DNA of 64,000 nt, taken from the NCBI GenBank assembly GCA_963727445.1, contig CAVSGI010000009.1:32001-96000 (forward strand), in the 5' to 3' direction. Every line of letters begins with the position of its first letter. The stretch's first letter is position 1. A model generated the notes under the pieces. It was not told the DNA's origin and ran no database searches. It worked only from the letters and a program-made list of their open reading frames with translations. Below are positions 36,329 to 47,270 of this stretch, piece by piece. Both the position numbers and the translations under genes were made by a program. This stretch comes from an uncultured delta proteobacterium (GTDB lineage: Bacteria > Myxococcota_A > Polyangia > Polyangiales > B10-G4).

Positions 36329-37730
36329 TCAGTCGTCCGTCGCTTCGAGCTGCTTCTTCTTCAGCTTCTCGAGGAGCGTGGTCCGGTTCATCCGCAACAG
36401 CTCGGCCGCCTGCTTCTTGTTCCACCCGGTCCGCTCGAGAGCCTGGAGGATGAGGGCGTTTTCGAACTCCTCGATGGCGTCCTTGAGGTCGAGCCCGTCC
36501 TCCGGGAGCACCGGACGGGAAGAGCTCCGCTGCGAGCCCCGCTTCGACGCGCGCCTGATGGCCGGAGGAAGGTCCTCCCGGGTCAGGCGACCCTCCCCGC
36601 GCAGGATCACCATGCGTTCGACGATGTTCTCGAGCTGCCGGACGTTGCCCGGCCAGTTGTAGGCCGCGAGCGCGTCCATCACGTCGTCGTCGATCCCCTG
36701 GATCGCGCGGCGGCGGCGCTGGTTCGAGCGGTCTACGAAGGCGCGGACGAGCTCCGGAATGTCCCCTTTGCGCTCCCTCAAGGTCGGGAGCTCGATGGGG
36801 ATCACGTTGAGCCGGTAGATCAGAATCCTCGCGAAACGCGCCCGAGGTCACCATCTCGTCGAGGTCGCGGTTCGTCGCTGCGACCACCCGAACGTCGACC
36901 TTGATGGGGCGATGATCACCCACCGGGGTGACCTCCTTCTCCTGCAGAACGCGGAGCATCTTCGCCTGCAACGACAGCGGAAGCTCGCCGATCTCGTCGA
37001 GGAAGAGCGTGCCTCCGTCTGCGCCTCGGAAGCTCCCGACGCGCGACGATCCGGCCCCGGTGAAGGCCCCTTTGACGTGTCCGAAGAGCTCGCTCTCGAT
37101 GAGGTTCTCCGGGATCGCGGCGCAGTTCACCGTGATGAAGGGGCCCTGGGCGCGGGCGCTGGCGTCGTGAAGGGCGCGTGCCACGAGCTCCTTGCCCGTT
37201 CCGCTCTCGCCCGTGACCAGGATCGAGCAGTCGGTGTCACCCACGCGCTCGATGATCCCGAAGACCCGCATCAGGGCCGGGTCGTGGCCCAATATCCGGG
37301 GCGCATAGCGTCGCCGCCACTCGGCGACCCGACCGGGATCGTCGTCGGGCATCGAAGGCGAGCTGAGAGAGGCATCTTCGATGGCTCGATCGAGGGCCTC
37401 GAAGGAGAAGGGCTTCAGCAGGAAATCCGTGGCGTGGTGTTTGACCGCCCGGATCGCGTGATCGATGTTGTCGTCGCCGGTCATGATCACCACCGGCAGG
37501 TCCTGCGAGCGCTCTGCCGCGCGGGAGGCGACGTCGAAACCGTCACCGTCGGGCAGGTGGACGTCGGTCAGGACGAAGTCGATGGATGGGGAATCTCGAA
37601 GCTGCTCGGTGGCTTCCTCCAACGTGGCGGCCAATTGCACGTCGTACCCCGAACGAGTGAGGTAGCGGCCCACCGCTTTTCTCACCGAGGGGTCGTCGTC
37701 GACGATCAAGACGCACTGCGGCATGGCCAT
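36329..37730 (-). CDS. sigma54-dependent response regulator, FleQ/FlrA/NtrC-like (frameshift near 36820)
   Basis: [33 protein letters not shown], Fis-type HTH. Confidence 0.88.
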
Positions 37731-37844
37731 GGCACTCTAAACGAACTCGTTGAGCGTGCGGCTACTTTTCTCTGCGCGCTCACGGCGCGACGTCGCCCAT
37801 GACCGGGAACGAACGACCGCTGCTCTCTTGATCCGATCCCGTCC

Positions 37845-37871
37845 TAAAGTCTGGACGCCCACGGCCGTCTT
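37845..37871 (+). promoter_or_regulatory. sigma28-like promoter, near-leaderless
   Basis: TAAAG-N14-GCCGTCTT, 7 nt, then ATG 37879. Confidence 0.5.
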
Positions 37872-37878
37872 CTCTTGC

Positions 37879-39351
37879 ATGGGAGGAGCCCTCATCAAGC
37901 CCGGCATTGGGCCTCGCGCTCCGATGTCGGTCGCCGCCGCTCGGATCGTGCAGGAAGCGTCGAAGCCCGACGTCGAATTCGCCCGCCTCGCCAGGCTGGT
38001 GCAGTGCGAGCCGGGGATGGCGATGCGCGTCCTGTCCGTCGTCAACAGTCCGCCCTATCACCTGGCGGTCCGGGTGAGTGACGTACAGCAGGCGATCTCC
38101 ATGATCGGGCTGCGGGGCCTGCGCAACATCGCCCTCAGTTTGATGTTGGTGGATGTGATCCCGCCATCAAAGGGTGCGCAGGCACTGCTGAGCAACGCGC
38201 TCAGGCGCGCGGTGGCTTGTCAGCGGATCGGCGCCCGCACGGGTGCAGGGGACGATGGGAGCTACTTCACGACGGGTCTCTTCCTCGAAGCTGGGTACTT
38301 TCTCCACGCCGCCGGGGATCTGAAGTCGACCCTCGAGATCGTTCAGGAGCCGGCGGCCCGTCGAATCGTCCACGAGCGGCGTCTCGGCTGGGAACCTCAC
38401 CCGCGGCTCGGTGCGGAGTTCGCGCTCGAGCTCGCGCTACCGACCTCCATGGCCAACGCGATCGGGCGGCATCACGATGACGAGCCCTCGCCCGAGCCGC
38501 TCGCCCGAGCCGCGTGGCTGGCGGAGCGGATCGCGGCGCTCTTCGAGGGAGACAGGGCGGGGTTGGTGATGCGCGCGACGTGGTCCGCGCGGCGATTGGG
38601 CCTGACGAAGCGCGATGTCGACCAACTGCTCGAGGAGATCCCCGAGGCAGTCGCCGAGATCGCCGAGTCGCTCAGCTGCGAGGTCTCGTCCGCCGACGAG
38701 ATGGATCAGCTCCTCGTGGAGTCTCGTCATGCGTTGGTCGAGCTGAACCAGCAGTACGAGCAACTGGTCCGAACGCTCGAGCGCGTCGTCGCCGAAAAAG
38801 AAGACCTCGCCGAGCGCCTTCGCCACGCCAACCTGCACCTCGAGAGGCTCGCCGTCACGGACCCTCTCACGCTCCTGCCGAACAAACGTGGGCTCGTCGA
38901 CTTTCTGCGCCGGACGATGTCGCGCGCGGCACGCGAGAACACACCCGTCAGTCTGTTGATGGTCGACGTCGATCACTTCAAGTCCTTCAACGACCGCTGG
39001 GGGCATTCCATGGGGGACGAGGTCCTCCGCAAGGTCGCTTCCGTGCTCCAGAGCTCGCTGAGAAGCAGCGACATGGCCGCGCGCTATGGGGGGGAGGAGT
39101 TCACGATCGTCCTGCCGATGGCGGACGCGGCGGGAGCGTTCGAGGTTGCCGATCGGCTGCGGCGGTCGGTGGCGGATGCGCGAGTGGAAGGACCCGAGGG
39201 GCCGCTCTCGATCACCGTGAGCGTGGGTGCGGCGACGGCGCTCGGCCGAGGGCCTGCCGCAATGGAGACGCTCTTCAATCAGGCGGACGAAAAGCTCTAC
39301 CGCGCCAAGCACGCCGGCCGAAATCGCGTCTGCGGCGCCCAGGCGGCCTGA
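37879..39351 (+). CDS. HDOD-GGDEF diguanylate cyclase
   Basis: HDOD (VLSVVNS, AISMIG), coiled coil, DPLT, DVDHFK, RSSD..ARYGGEEF. Confidence 0.92.
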   Translation: MGGALIKPGIGPRAPMSVAAARIVQEASKPDVEFARLARLVQCEPGMAMRVLSVVNSPPYHLAVRVSDVQQAISMIGLRGLRNIALSLMLVDVIPPSKGAQALLSNALRRAVACQRIGARTGAGDDGSYFTTGLFLEAGYFLHAAGDLKSTLEIVQEPAARRIVHERRLGWEPHPRLGAEFALELALPTSMANAIGRHHDDEPSPEPLARAAWLAERIAALFEGDRAGLVMRATWSARRLGLTKRDVDQLLEEIPEAVAEIAESLSCEVSSADEMDQLLVESRHALVELNQQYEQLVRTLERVVAEKEDLAERLRHANLHLERLAVTDPLTLLPNKRGLVDFLRRTMSRAARENTPVSLLMVDVDHFKSFNDRWGHSMGDEVLRKVASVLQSSLRSSDMAARYGGEEFTIVLPMADAAGAFEVADRLRRSVADARVEGPEGPLSITVSVGAATALGRGPAAMETLFNQADEKLYRAKHAGRNRVCGAQAA

Positions 39352-39405
39352 GCCGCTGACCAGGCACTCGATGATCACTGCGCACGGACGATTGAGGGAA
39401 AGGAA

Positions 39406-39984
39406 ATGACGGCCCGCCTCCGCACGACGCTCTTTGCGCTGACGCTCCTCACCCCCGCTGCCGCGCTCGCCGAAGAGGGGGAAGAAGCGCAGCGGGATTT
39501 CTACCTCGACCTCGACGTGTCGATGCTTCAGCTGGATCTCGGTTTCCTCCAGACGAACGACTTCGTCAGCACCTGCGCGCCGGGTGCCTCGTGCGGCTTC
39601 CAGGGGCTGACGGATCTCGCCGTTCGTGGCGGCGCGGCGGTGGGCGTCGGTGGAACCGCCCTCGAGGCGACGATGACCACGCTGGTGGGCGATGGCAGTC
39701 CGCCGCTCGCGGTCTTCTCGGGCGGCGTTCGCTTCGACACCTCCCGCGAGGCCGTCGTGAGCGTTCAGATCCGCCTCGCGTACGTATACCGCTGGGGCCT
39801 GGCAGAGGGGATGGGAGGGCGCGCCGGCCTGGGCTTGGTGATCCACCCGGTTTGGTGGCTGGCCGGCTATGCCGAGGCGTCGGCGGAGATCACCACGGTG
39901 CCCACCGAGATGAACGCCCTCGGCGCGCTCTTCTCCTACACCACCTACCTGGGGGGAGGGCTGCGGCTCTCCTTCGGCACATGA
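39406..39984 (+). CDS. Secreted, probably outer-membrane beta-barrel protein
   Basis: Signal peptide, alternating beta pattern, ends YLGGGLRLSFGT. Confidence 0.55.
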   Translation: MTARLRTTLFALTLLTPAAALAEEGEEAQRDFYLDLDVSMLQLDLGFLQTNDFVSTCAPGASCGFQGLTDLAVRGGAAVGVGGTALEATMTTLVGDGSPPLAVFSGGVRFDTSREAVVSVQIRLAYVYRWGLAEGMGGRAGLGLVIHPVWWLAGYAEASAEITTVPTEMNALGALFSYTTYLGGGLRLSFGT

Positions 39985-40226
39985 AACGCGTCAACACGCC
40001 GATGAGTGGTGGCCCGCTGCTTGCTCGGACGTACGTACCATCCGCAAATGGGTGGGCCGCTGCATCCGATCGATGTCGTAGGTAGTCGAACGGTCCGTGC
40101 TCGGGGATGCATGGAAAACCTCGGTGCGGTGTTGGCTAGGCACTACAACGTCGGTTCAATACTACGCATGATGCTCGCGGGGAGGGAGCGTTTCGGTGTG
40201 CGGGGGACCGGCACATCGTTTGCGAG

Positions 40227-42626
40227 ATGCAATCGGATCCAATGTCGACGACACAGGAAGTTGAGCGGAGACGGCCGGCGTTCATCCTCGATCACTTGTT
40301 GGAGGGATGTCAGGTCATCAGTCCCGACTACCGCTATCTGTACGTCAACGACGCCGTCGTTCGTCACGGGCGCACGAAGCGAGACGCATTGCTCGGGAAG
40401 AAGATGGAGGAGGTGTACCCCGGCATCGAACAGACCGAGATGTTCGCGACGCTCCAGCAATGCATGAAGACCCAGAAGGTCGCGTTGCTCGAGAACGAGT
40501 TTTCCTTTCCCGACGGTTCTTCGGGGTGGTTCGAGCTGCGATTCGAGCCGGTACCGGAGGGGATCGCCATCCTCTCGATCGACATCACGGCGCGCAAGCG
40601 CGCCGAGGACGCACTCCGCCGGACGATGCGCGCGTTGGCGACGCTCTCCCGCTGTAATCAAGCGCTCATCCGTGCCGTAGACGAAGTCGAGGTCGCGCGG
40701 GACGTCTGTCGACTCATCGTCGAGGTCGGGGAGCATCGAGCCGCGTGGATCGACCTCGTCGTTCGGGGGGGACCGGGTAGCGTGGAGACGATCGCATCTG
40801 CGGGTCCGAGCCCGAGCACGACAAGTGGTCTCGATTGGTGCCAGCGACTCGCGAGCCGAGCGCTCAGGGACGGCAAGTCGTTGTTCGCGCGCACGCAGTC
40901 GAGCGAACGCGAGTCTTCCCCCTCTGCCTCCTGCGCCGTCTTCGTACTCGAAGGCGACGGGTCAATCCTGGGCACCCTCACCATCGTCTCCTCTCGACGG
41001 CACGCCTTCGACACCGAGGAGATCGCGCTCCTCGACGAGGTCGCGACCAATCTCGCTCACGGGATCTGGACGATCCGAGCCCGAAGGGAGCACGAACAGA
41101 CGCACGCGCGACTCCAAGAAGCGGAGTTACGGGTCCGCGCGACATACGACCATCTTCCGCACGCGACCTATGTCTGGGGCGAGTACGAAGGTGTCCCCGT
41201 TCTCCTCGACTACAACGAAGCAGCTCGAAGGAGCACGGACGATGCCGTGGTCGCGCTTCTGGGGAGCTCGTGTGGAGAGGGTTGGGCGGGGGTGCCCGAA
41301 ATCGCCAACGACCTCGCCAGGTGTCTCGAGAGTGGGGAGGCGATCGAGCGTGAAGTCGACGCCGTCCTCCCGGGCAGGAAGGCGTCGAGACGCCTCGTGC
41401 TCTCCTACGGCTACATCGACAGTGGGATGGTGCTTCTTCACGCCGAGGACATCACGGAGCAACGTCGGACCGAAGCGCAGTTGGTCGGCGCGCAGAGGCT
41501 CGAGGCCGTGGGGCGCCTCGCCGGGGGAGTTGCGCACGACTTCAACAACATCTTGAGCGTCATCATGTCGTATTCGGAGTTCGCGGCTCAGCAGCTCCAC
41601 GCGGCGGATCCGATTCGCCAGGACCTGGAAGAGGTGCGCAGCGCGGGACATCGCGCGGCGCACCTCACGCGGCAGTTGCTGGCCTTCAGTCGGAAACAGC
41701 CACTGGAGCCGCGGGTGACCAACCTCAACAAGGTCATCGGAGACATCGATGGGATGATCCGTCGCCTCGTGAGAGAGAACATCGAGATCATGGTCCACGC
41801 CGAGGTGGGCCTCGGGAACATCCTGGCAGACCCGGGTCAGCTGGAGCAGGTGCTGATGAACCTGGTGGTCAACGCTCGGGATGCCATGCCCGAAGGCGGC
41901 ACGCTCACCATCGAGACAGCGAACGTGGAGCTCGATCAGCGTTTCGCGAGCGAGCGTATGCTCTCAGGCCCCGGCATGTACGTGCAGCTCGCCGTCTCGG
42001 ATACCGGGGAGGGGATGGACGCCGAGACGCGCACGAGGGTTTTCGAGCCGTTCTTCACCACGAAGGAGAAGGGCAAGGGGACGGGACTCGGGCTCTCGAC
42101 GGTGTATGGGATCGTGAAGCAGAGCGGCGGCAGCATTTCGGTGTACAGCGAGCTGGGCTCGGGAACCTCCTTCAAGATCCACTTCCCGCGAATCGACGCG
42201 CCCGTGATGGAACCCGAGCAGAGGCGAGAGTCGGGGGCTGCCATCACGGGAGACGAGACCATTCTCGTCGTGGAGGACGACTCCGCGGTACGGGGGGCCG
42301 CTGCGCGCATTCTCGAAGCAGCGGGCTATTCGGTATTGACCGCAGCGAACGGTATCGAAGCGCTTGCCCTCAGCGAGCAGGAGGAGCACGGCATCGACGT
42401 TCTTCTCACCGACGTGATCATGCCACGAATGAGTGGCACCGAGCTGTCGAGGCGTCTCAACGAGAAGTATCCGGGGATGCGGACGATCTTCACCTCGGGC
42501 TACGCAGATCACGCCGCGATCAATCACGGGCTGCTCACGTCCTCGGCCAACTTCGTGAGCAAGCCCTTCTCGAGCCGCGCTCTGACGAAGAAGATTCGCC
42601 ACGTGCTCGACGAAGAGCCAGAGTGA
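40227..42626 (+). CDS. PAS-GAF-PAS hybrid histidine kinase with REC
   Basis: AHDFNNIL, NLVVNARDAM, EPFFTTK..GKGTGLGL, LTDVIMP. Confidence 0.93.
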   Translation: MQSDPMSTTQEVERRRPAFILDHLLEGCQVISPDYRYLYVNDAVVRHGRTKRDALLGKKMEEVYPGIEQTEMFATLQQCMKTQKVALLENEFSFPDGSSGWFELRFEPVPEGIAILSIDITARKRAEDALRRTMRALATLSRCNQALIRAVDEVEVARDVCRLIVEVGEHRAAWIDLVVRGGPGSVETIASAGPSPSTTSGLDWCQRLASRALRDGKSLFARTQSSERESSPSASCAVFVLEGDGSILGTLTIVSSRRHAFDTEEIALLDEVATNLAHGIWTIRARREHEQTHARLQEAELRVRATYDHLPHATYVWGEYEGVPVLLDYNEAARRSTDDAVVALLGSSCGEGWAGVPEIANDLARCLESGEAIEREVDAVLPGRKASRRLVLSYGYIDSGMVLLHAEDITEQRRTEAQLVGAQRLEAVGRLAGGVAHDFNNILSVIMSYSEFAAQQLHAADPIRQDLEEVRSAGHRAAHLTRQLLAFSRKQPLEPRVTNLNKVIGDIDGMIRRLVRENIEIMVHAEVGLGNILADPGQLEQVLMNLVVNARDAMPEGGTLTIETANVELDQRFASERMLSGPGMYVQLAVSDTGEGMDAETRTRVFEPFFTTKEKGKGTGLGLSTVYGIVKQSGGSISVYSELGSGTSFKIHFPRIDAPVMEPEQRRESGAAITGDETILVVEDDSAVRGAAARILEAAGYSVLTAANGIEALALSEQEEHGIDVLLTDVIMPRMSGTELSRRLNEKYPGMRTIFTSGYADHAAINHGLLTSSANFVSKPFSSRALTKKIRHVLDEEPE

Positions 42627-43365
42627 ACACCACGCCGAGGAACAGAAGCAATACGGCGCCGTTTCGCCTTTCGCCGAATCGCCCGACGGCCGAGCACGAG
42701 GGGCTGGCCGAAAGCGCCGAGGCCTCATAGAGCGCGAACACTCCTTCCTCGTCATCCGGTTCCAGGGTTCGCTGCCGAGTGTCACCTCGTGAGGTCTTCG
42801 CCCACATGGTTGCCGATCGCACGTCGCTCTCGTCGAGGCCGAGGACGTGCCCGACCTCGTGCGTGAGCACGGAGGCGAGGTCGTAGCGCCGGTCGCCGGC
42901 GGCGTCGGCTTCGTCCAGCAGGGCGAGCTCGCGCTCTCCGTTGATCGCGATGTCGGCATCGAGCAGACGTCCAGAGCCGGTCTCGTGAGTGCTCACGGTC
43001 ACCGCGAGCGCGTCGCCGAAGGGCCAGTCGCAAAGGACGTATACCCCGTTTCCGTTCACCTCGCGCGGGTCGTAGCCCACGGCTTCGGGAGGGCGGCCGG
43101 GGACGACGACGACGTCGGGCACGCCTTCGAACCCTCGCCACGCGTCGGTCGCGATCTGCAGTGCCTGGCGCACCTCGGCAGGGGTCGGACCGCAAGGGCT
43201 GGTGGTGTCGACGTGGAGCTGGACATCGCTTTGAAACCAACGAACGTTGGCGCCAGACTCGGTGCGTTTGAGCACGAAGCCGCGAGCGACCCCGGGGAAC
43301 GACGCGAAGCTCAGGGCCGCGACGAACACGGCGAGGGCCCATCGATGCTCAGGACGCACAGACAC
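42535..43365 (-). CDS. Matrixin-like (M10) metalloprotease with C-terminal sorting-like tail
   Basis: DADI, HEVGHVLGLDES, ATM Met-turn, CSA...hydrophobic...RRAR. Confidence 0.75.
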   Translation of the reverse strand: MSVRPEHRWALAVFVAALSFASFPGVARGFVLKRTESGANVRWFQSDVQLHVDTTSPCGPTPAEVRQALQIATDAWRGFEGVPDVVVVPGRPPEAVGYDPREVNGNGVYVLCDWPFGDALAVTVSTHETGSGRLLDADIAINGERELALLDEADAAGDRRYDLASVLTHEVGHVLGLDESDVRSATMWAKTSRGDTRQRTLEPDDEEGVFALYEASALSASPSCSAVGRFGERRNGAVLLLFLGVVFTLALRRARGESSSSERGSRRACSRSWPRT

Positions 43366-44351
43366 AGCGGTCGCGTCCCGTTTGCTTTGCTTCGTAGAGG
43401 GCGCCGTCGGCCACGCCGATGATCTCGGTGACCGACGAGAATCGCTGCCCGGCGTGATGAGTGGCGACTCCGATGCTGACCGTGATTTCGATGGTCCCTC
43501 CGCGCCAGGGGACGCGCGTCTCCGCGCAGGCCCGTCGCAACCGCTCTGCGAGGATGAAAGCGTTGCGGGGGTCGAGGTCGCGGGCCACGACGACGAACTC
43601 CTCGCCGCCGTAGCGACCGACCACGTCCTCGGCACGGAGGATCTTTCGGAGCGTTGCCGACACCACCCGCAACGCGAGAATCGCCTGCCTGGTGCCCGTA
43701 GGTGTCGTTGACGTGCTTGAAGTGGTCGACGTCGAGCATGAGGACCGACAGCGTTCGATCGTGGCGCTGCGCGAAGCTGAGCTCCTCCCTGAGCCGCTGG
43801 TCGAGGTAGCCGCGGTTGAACGCGCGCGTCAGCGGGTCGCGGATGGCTGCGGTGTAGAGCTGGGCGGCGGCGCTCTGCTCCTCCTCGTCGTCGAGAGAGA
43901 CCCGGATCGACGCTTCGCGCCCGACGAAGATCCGTTCTCCGCCCTCGAGCATCCGGGGAGCGAGCAGGCGCTCGTCCCCCACCAGAGTCCCGTTCTGGCT
44001 GGCGAGGTCCTCGACGTGCCAGCGACCCGCCTTGATGAAGAAGCGAACGTGCGACCGCGACACGCCGGTGTCGTGCACGACCGCGTCTGTCGCGTCGCTG
44101 CGTCCGAGGATCCACGAATCGCCCCGAACTGGAACCAGCCGAAACGGCGACTGATCGTCGCGAATGACCAGCGTCAAGTGGTTGCGTACGGCGCGTCGAC
44201 TTCCGCTCTGCGCCGACAGCGCGATCTGAGCGGTCTCGTCATCGCGAAAGCGATGCCCTCGCGGGGGACGCGTCGTGGGTGCGCGGGAGGGCCTACCGGT
44301 CGGCCGGAGAGTATCGCTTGCCGCGTTGTCCGATATCATCGTCACCTCCAC
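43349..44351 (-). CDS. FHA-GGDEF diguanylate cyclase (frameshift near 43676)
   Basis: LGRS, VSRSH, SQNGT; DPLT, DVDHFK, RYGGEEF. Confidence 0.88.
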
Positions 44352-44352
44352 C

Positions 44353-45849
44353 TCAGAAGAGAGCCAGGGTCAGGGGCGAGGCCCCGGACGACAGGGTGAA
44401 AGCCGCGTTGACCAGCTCCCCGGTCCGCACGTTCGCCATCGAGCTGAGGGCCTTCCGTCGCGAACCGTCCTCGGTGGCCCCGCGCAGCCCGGCGATGTCG
44501 AAGCGCCACTCGTCCGATCGAGCGTCTCGCACCCGGGGAATGTCGGTGCGGCCCGCTCCACGGCGGCGGATGGTGTAGCCACCGAGTCGAACGTGAACCC
44601 ACAGGGCGTCGCTCGGGAGCTCGTCCCGGCTGCGCACCAGCTCGAGGGGTACGGTGCGGGGAACGCCGTTCGGGCCGCGCGCGAGAAGCGCCGGCGAAGA
44701 CATGCCCGCGCGCCGTAGCGAAAGAAACATTCGCGACAGGACGTGAGCGCTCACGTCGGGCTGAGACCCGAGCGCGACGACGGCGCCCTCGGGGAGATGC
44801 GCCGACAGCTCGGCGAGGATGGGAGCGGCAGACTCGATCGCCCGGGGAACGGGGTTCAGCTCGGACGGGAAACGAACCTCGCGCGTCTCGGGGAGGACGG
44901 GCTCACCGTACACAACCGCCCGCGGTCCCGCGTCCGTGATCCGCACACCGAGCGGGACCCACGAATAACGGAAACCCTCTGGCGTGACGATGAGGATCAG
45001 CGACGGGCGCGTCTCGGGACCCGACGCGTCGATCGAGACGAGCGGTAGGTCGTCGAGGCGCGCGTGCGGCCGGAGGATCACGTCGTCCAGCGCCGTTCGA
45101 TCCTGCGTGAGCTCTTCACCGACGAAATCCCAGAAGGGGCCTGCGAGCTCCGCCTGGTCGATTCGTCGGATCGCCGCGCGGGCTTCGACCACCGCGGCGA
45201 TCGACCGGCGGTCTACCTCGCCGAAGCTTCGGTAGATCCCCTGGCAGCGGCCGCGCTCGCAGGGGTCGTTGGCCAGCGTAGCGAGACGCGCCGCCGAGTC
45301 CTGCGCGCCGAGCGCATCGCGGACGCGGCGCGCGAAGACCAGGTCACGCCGAAGGCCGACGTGAGACGACCAGTCGACGGGCTCATGGTGTCGGCGCTCC
45401 TCCTGGAGGAGGCGAATGGCTCGCTCGAGGTCCTCGGCGGGGTCCTCTTCCGTGGTGACGGGAACGATCGTCAGGCCGTCGAGCACGACCTGCTCCAGGA
45501 TCGGCTCCGGTTCCACGAGCGCTTCCGCGAGACGCATACGAAGATGGGGGTCGCGGCGATATCCCGAGAGGATCAGGAGGTCTGCCGCGGTCAGCCAACG
45601 CGCGATCTCGACCTTCCGGACCTCGTCCGACCTCCGATCGACGGCCCTGCGCACGATGTCCGTCATCGACGTCAGCTCGCGGACCATCCCCGAGACGTCG
45701 CGGGCGTCGCCAGACGTCCGATGTTGCGCCGCCGCGTCAGGCGCATCGACGAGCCAAGTGGCCGTGAGCGCGAGGGTGGCCACGATGCGGAGCGCCGATT
45801 TGGCCATGGTCTCCGCTCCATTTCTCGACGTCGGTTCCATCATCGCCAC
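44353..45849 (-). CDS. Secreted hypothetical protein, C-terminus weakly ExbD-like
   Basis: Signal peptide; coupled to the upstream peptidase. Confidence 0.5.
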   Translation of the reverse strand: MAMMEPTSRNGAETMAKSALRIVATLALTATWLVDAPDAAAQHRTSGDARDVSGMVRELTSMTDIVRRAVDRRSDEVRKVEIARWLTAADLLILSGYRRDPHLRMRLAEALVEPEPILEQVVLDGLTIVPVTTEEDPAEDLERAIRLLQEERRHHEPVDWSSHVGLRRDLVFARRVRDALGAQDSAARLATLANDPCERGRCQGIYRSFGEVDRRSIAAVVEARAAIRRIDQAELAGPFWDFVGEELTQDRTALDDVILRPHARLDDLPLVSIDASGPETRPSLILIVTPEGFRYSWVPLGVRITDAGPRAVVYGEPVLPETREVRFPSELNPVPRAIESAAPILAELSAHLPEGAVVALGSQPDVSAHVLSRMFLSLRRAGMSSPALLARGPNGVPRTVPLELVRSRDELPSDALWVHVRLGGYTIRRRGAGRTDIPRVRDARSDEWRFDIAGLRGATEDGSRRKALSSMANVRTGELVNAAFTLSSGASPLTLALF

Positions 45850-47199
45850 TCCTCCATCCAGGTGATCCGCCAGCCCACGGGAAACTGCTCCAGCCAGACC
45901 GCGAAGGTGCTGCGCCCGCCGTCTGCGTCGCTACGAACGACCACGGCTTTGGCCGTGGGGAAGTTGGAGCGCAGGGTCGGGTAGACGGCGACGACGGAGG
46001 TGTCGGCCTGGTCGAGGGTGTCGACCATGCGCTCCGCGATGGCAACGCGCCCATCCTCTCCGGCCCAATCGCAGTAGAACCCTTCCATCGTCGCGCGGTA
46101 GGCGGCGGCGTCGGAGTCCTCAATCGCTTGGTCGGCGCGCCGGAGGAGCCATTGGATCTCCGTCCGGTCTCGTCCCTCGACCTCTACGGTGCGGTAGGCG
46201 AGGATGTCCTCGACCGTCGTTCGCCAGTAGGCCTGGACTTCCTCCCAGGTCGAGTCACTGACCTCCGGGATGACTCCGGCAAAGAGCTCCTCGAGAGCAT
46301 CGGGCGAGTCGATGCACCCGTAGTCGGCGTGCAGATAGCACCCATGGTCCCGGCGGACGGCGGTTGCGCCGATGAGAGCGGGCAGGGCGTCGAGGCCGGC
46401 GACCTCGACGAACGCCTTCACGAAGGAGCTGGCCCGACCGTAGTTGTCGCCCCGGACGTCGTAGGAATCGAAGGAGGCGACGTGCGCCCTGGTCTCCTCA
46501 CCTGCGGTCAGCTGCTCGGCGTACGATTCGTGGTAATCGCGGCCCGACTGGTCGAGGTACTCCGCCACACCTTCGGACAAGAACGCGAGCATCTGCGCGC
46601 CTTCGGGGACGAGGTAGTAGGTCAACACGTGCGTGAGCTCGTGCCCGTACTGAACGGCTTCGAACGCGCGCGGGGCCCCGGTGTAGATGACGTCGTATCG
46701 GTCCCGTCCCGGCAGCGCGCGGCCGAGCCCCACGTGGTGGGCCCGAGCCGCCAGGCGGTTCGGTGACAGGTAGACGTCGACGACTGGGGATGCGTCGAAT
46801 CCCGAGCGTCGAACGAATGGATGCGTACGCCCGCTGGCGTCGCTCGGCGATGGCGTCGACGTCGCGCTCTGCTGCGGTGTCGGGGAAGTAGTGGAATCGG
46901 AACGAGCCGATCTCGGTTTCGACCCACTCCGCGTCGGCGTAGCTGGACTCGTCACATCGATCGACGACGAGAGGCGCTGGCGCTTGCTCGAGCGGGGGGC
47001 TCCCGATGCTCGGAACCTCGGGCGCCATCGAGTAGTCGTAGTGCCCGCGGTACACCGGACGTGCGACTCGGTCCTCGATGGAGACGGTGACGAGCTGGTC
47101 CGGGGCGGCGATGGGGGCGGCGACCTCACCGGTGCATCCGATGACGAACAGCGTGAGACAGGGGGCGAGACGCCGGACCGGGCGCTGGGCGTTGTCCAT
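45840..47199 (-). CDS. Lipoprotein zinc metallopeptidase (HExxH...E), paralog 2 (frameshift near 46800)
   Basis: VIGC lipobox, HELTH, LSEGVAEY; shares AAAYRATMEGFYCDW with 23992..25275. Confidence 0.78.
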
Positions 47200-47206
47200 G
47201 CCCAGT

Positions 47207-47233
47207 TCATCGGATGGGCCCGCCGGAACTTGA
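47207..47233 (-). promoter_or_regulatory. sigma28-like promoter, near-leaderless
   Basis: TCAAG-N14-TCCGATGA, 7 nt, then ATG 47199. Confidence 0.6.
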
Positions 47234-47270
47234 TGCGAAAGAAGGAGCGTTCTCGGAACGCGTGCTCGCG

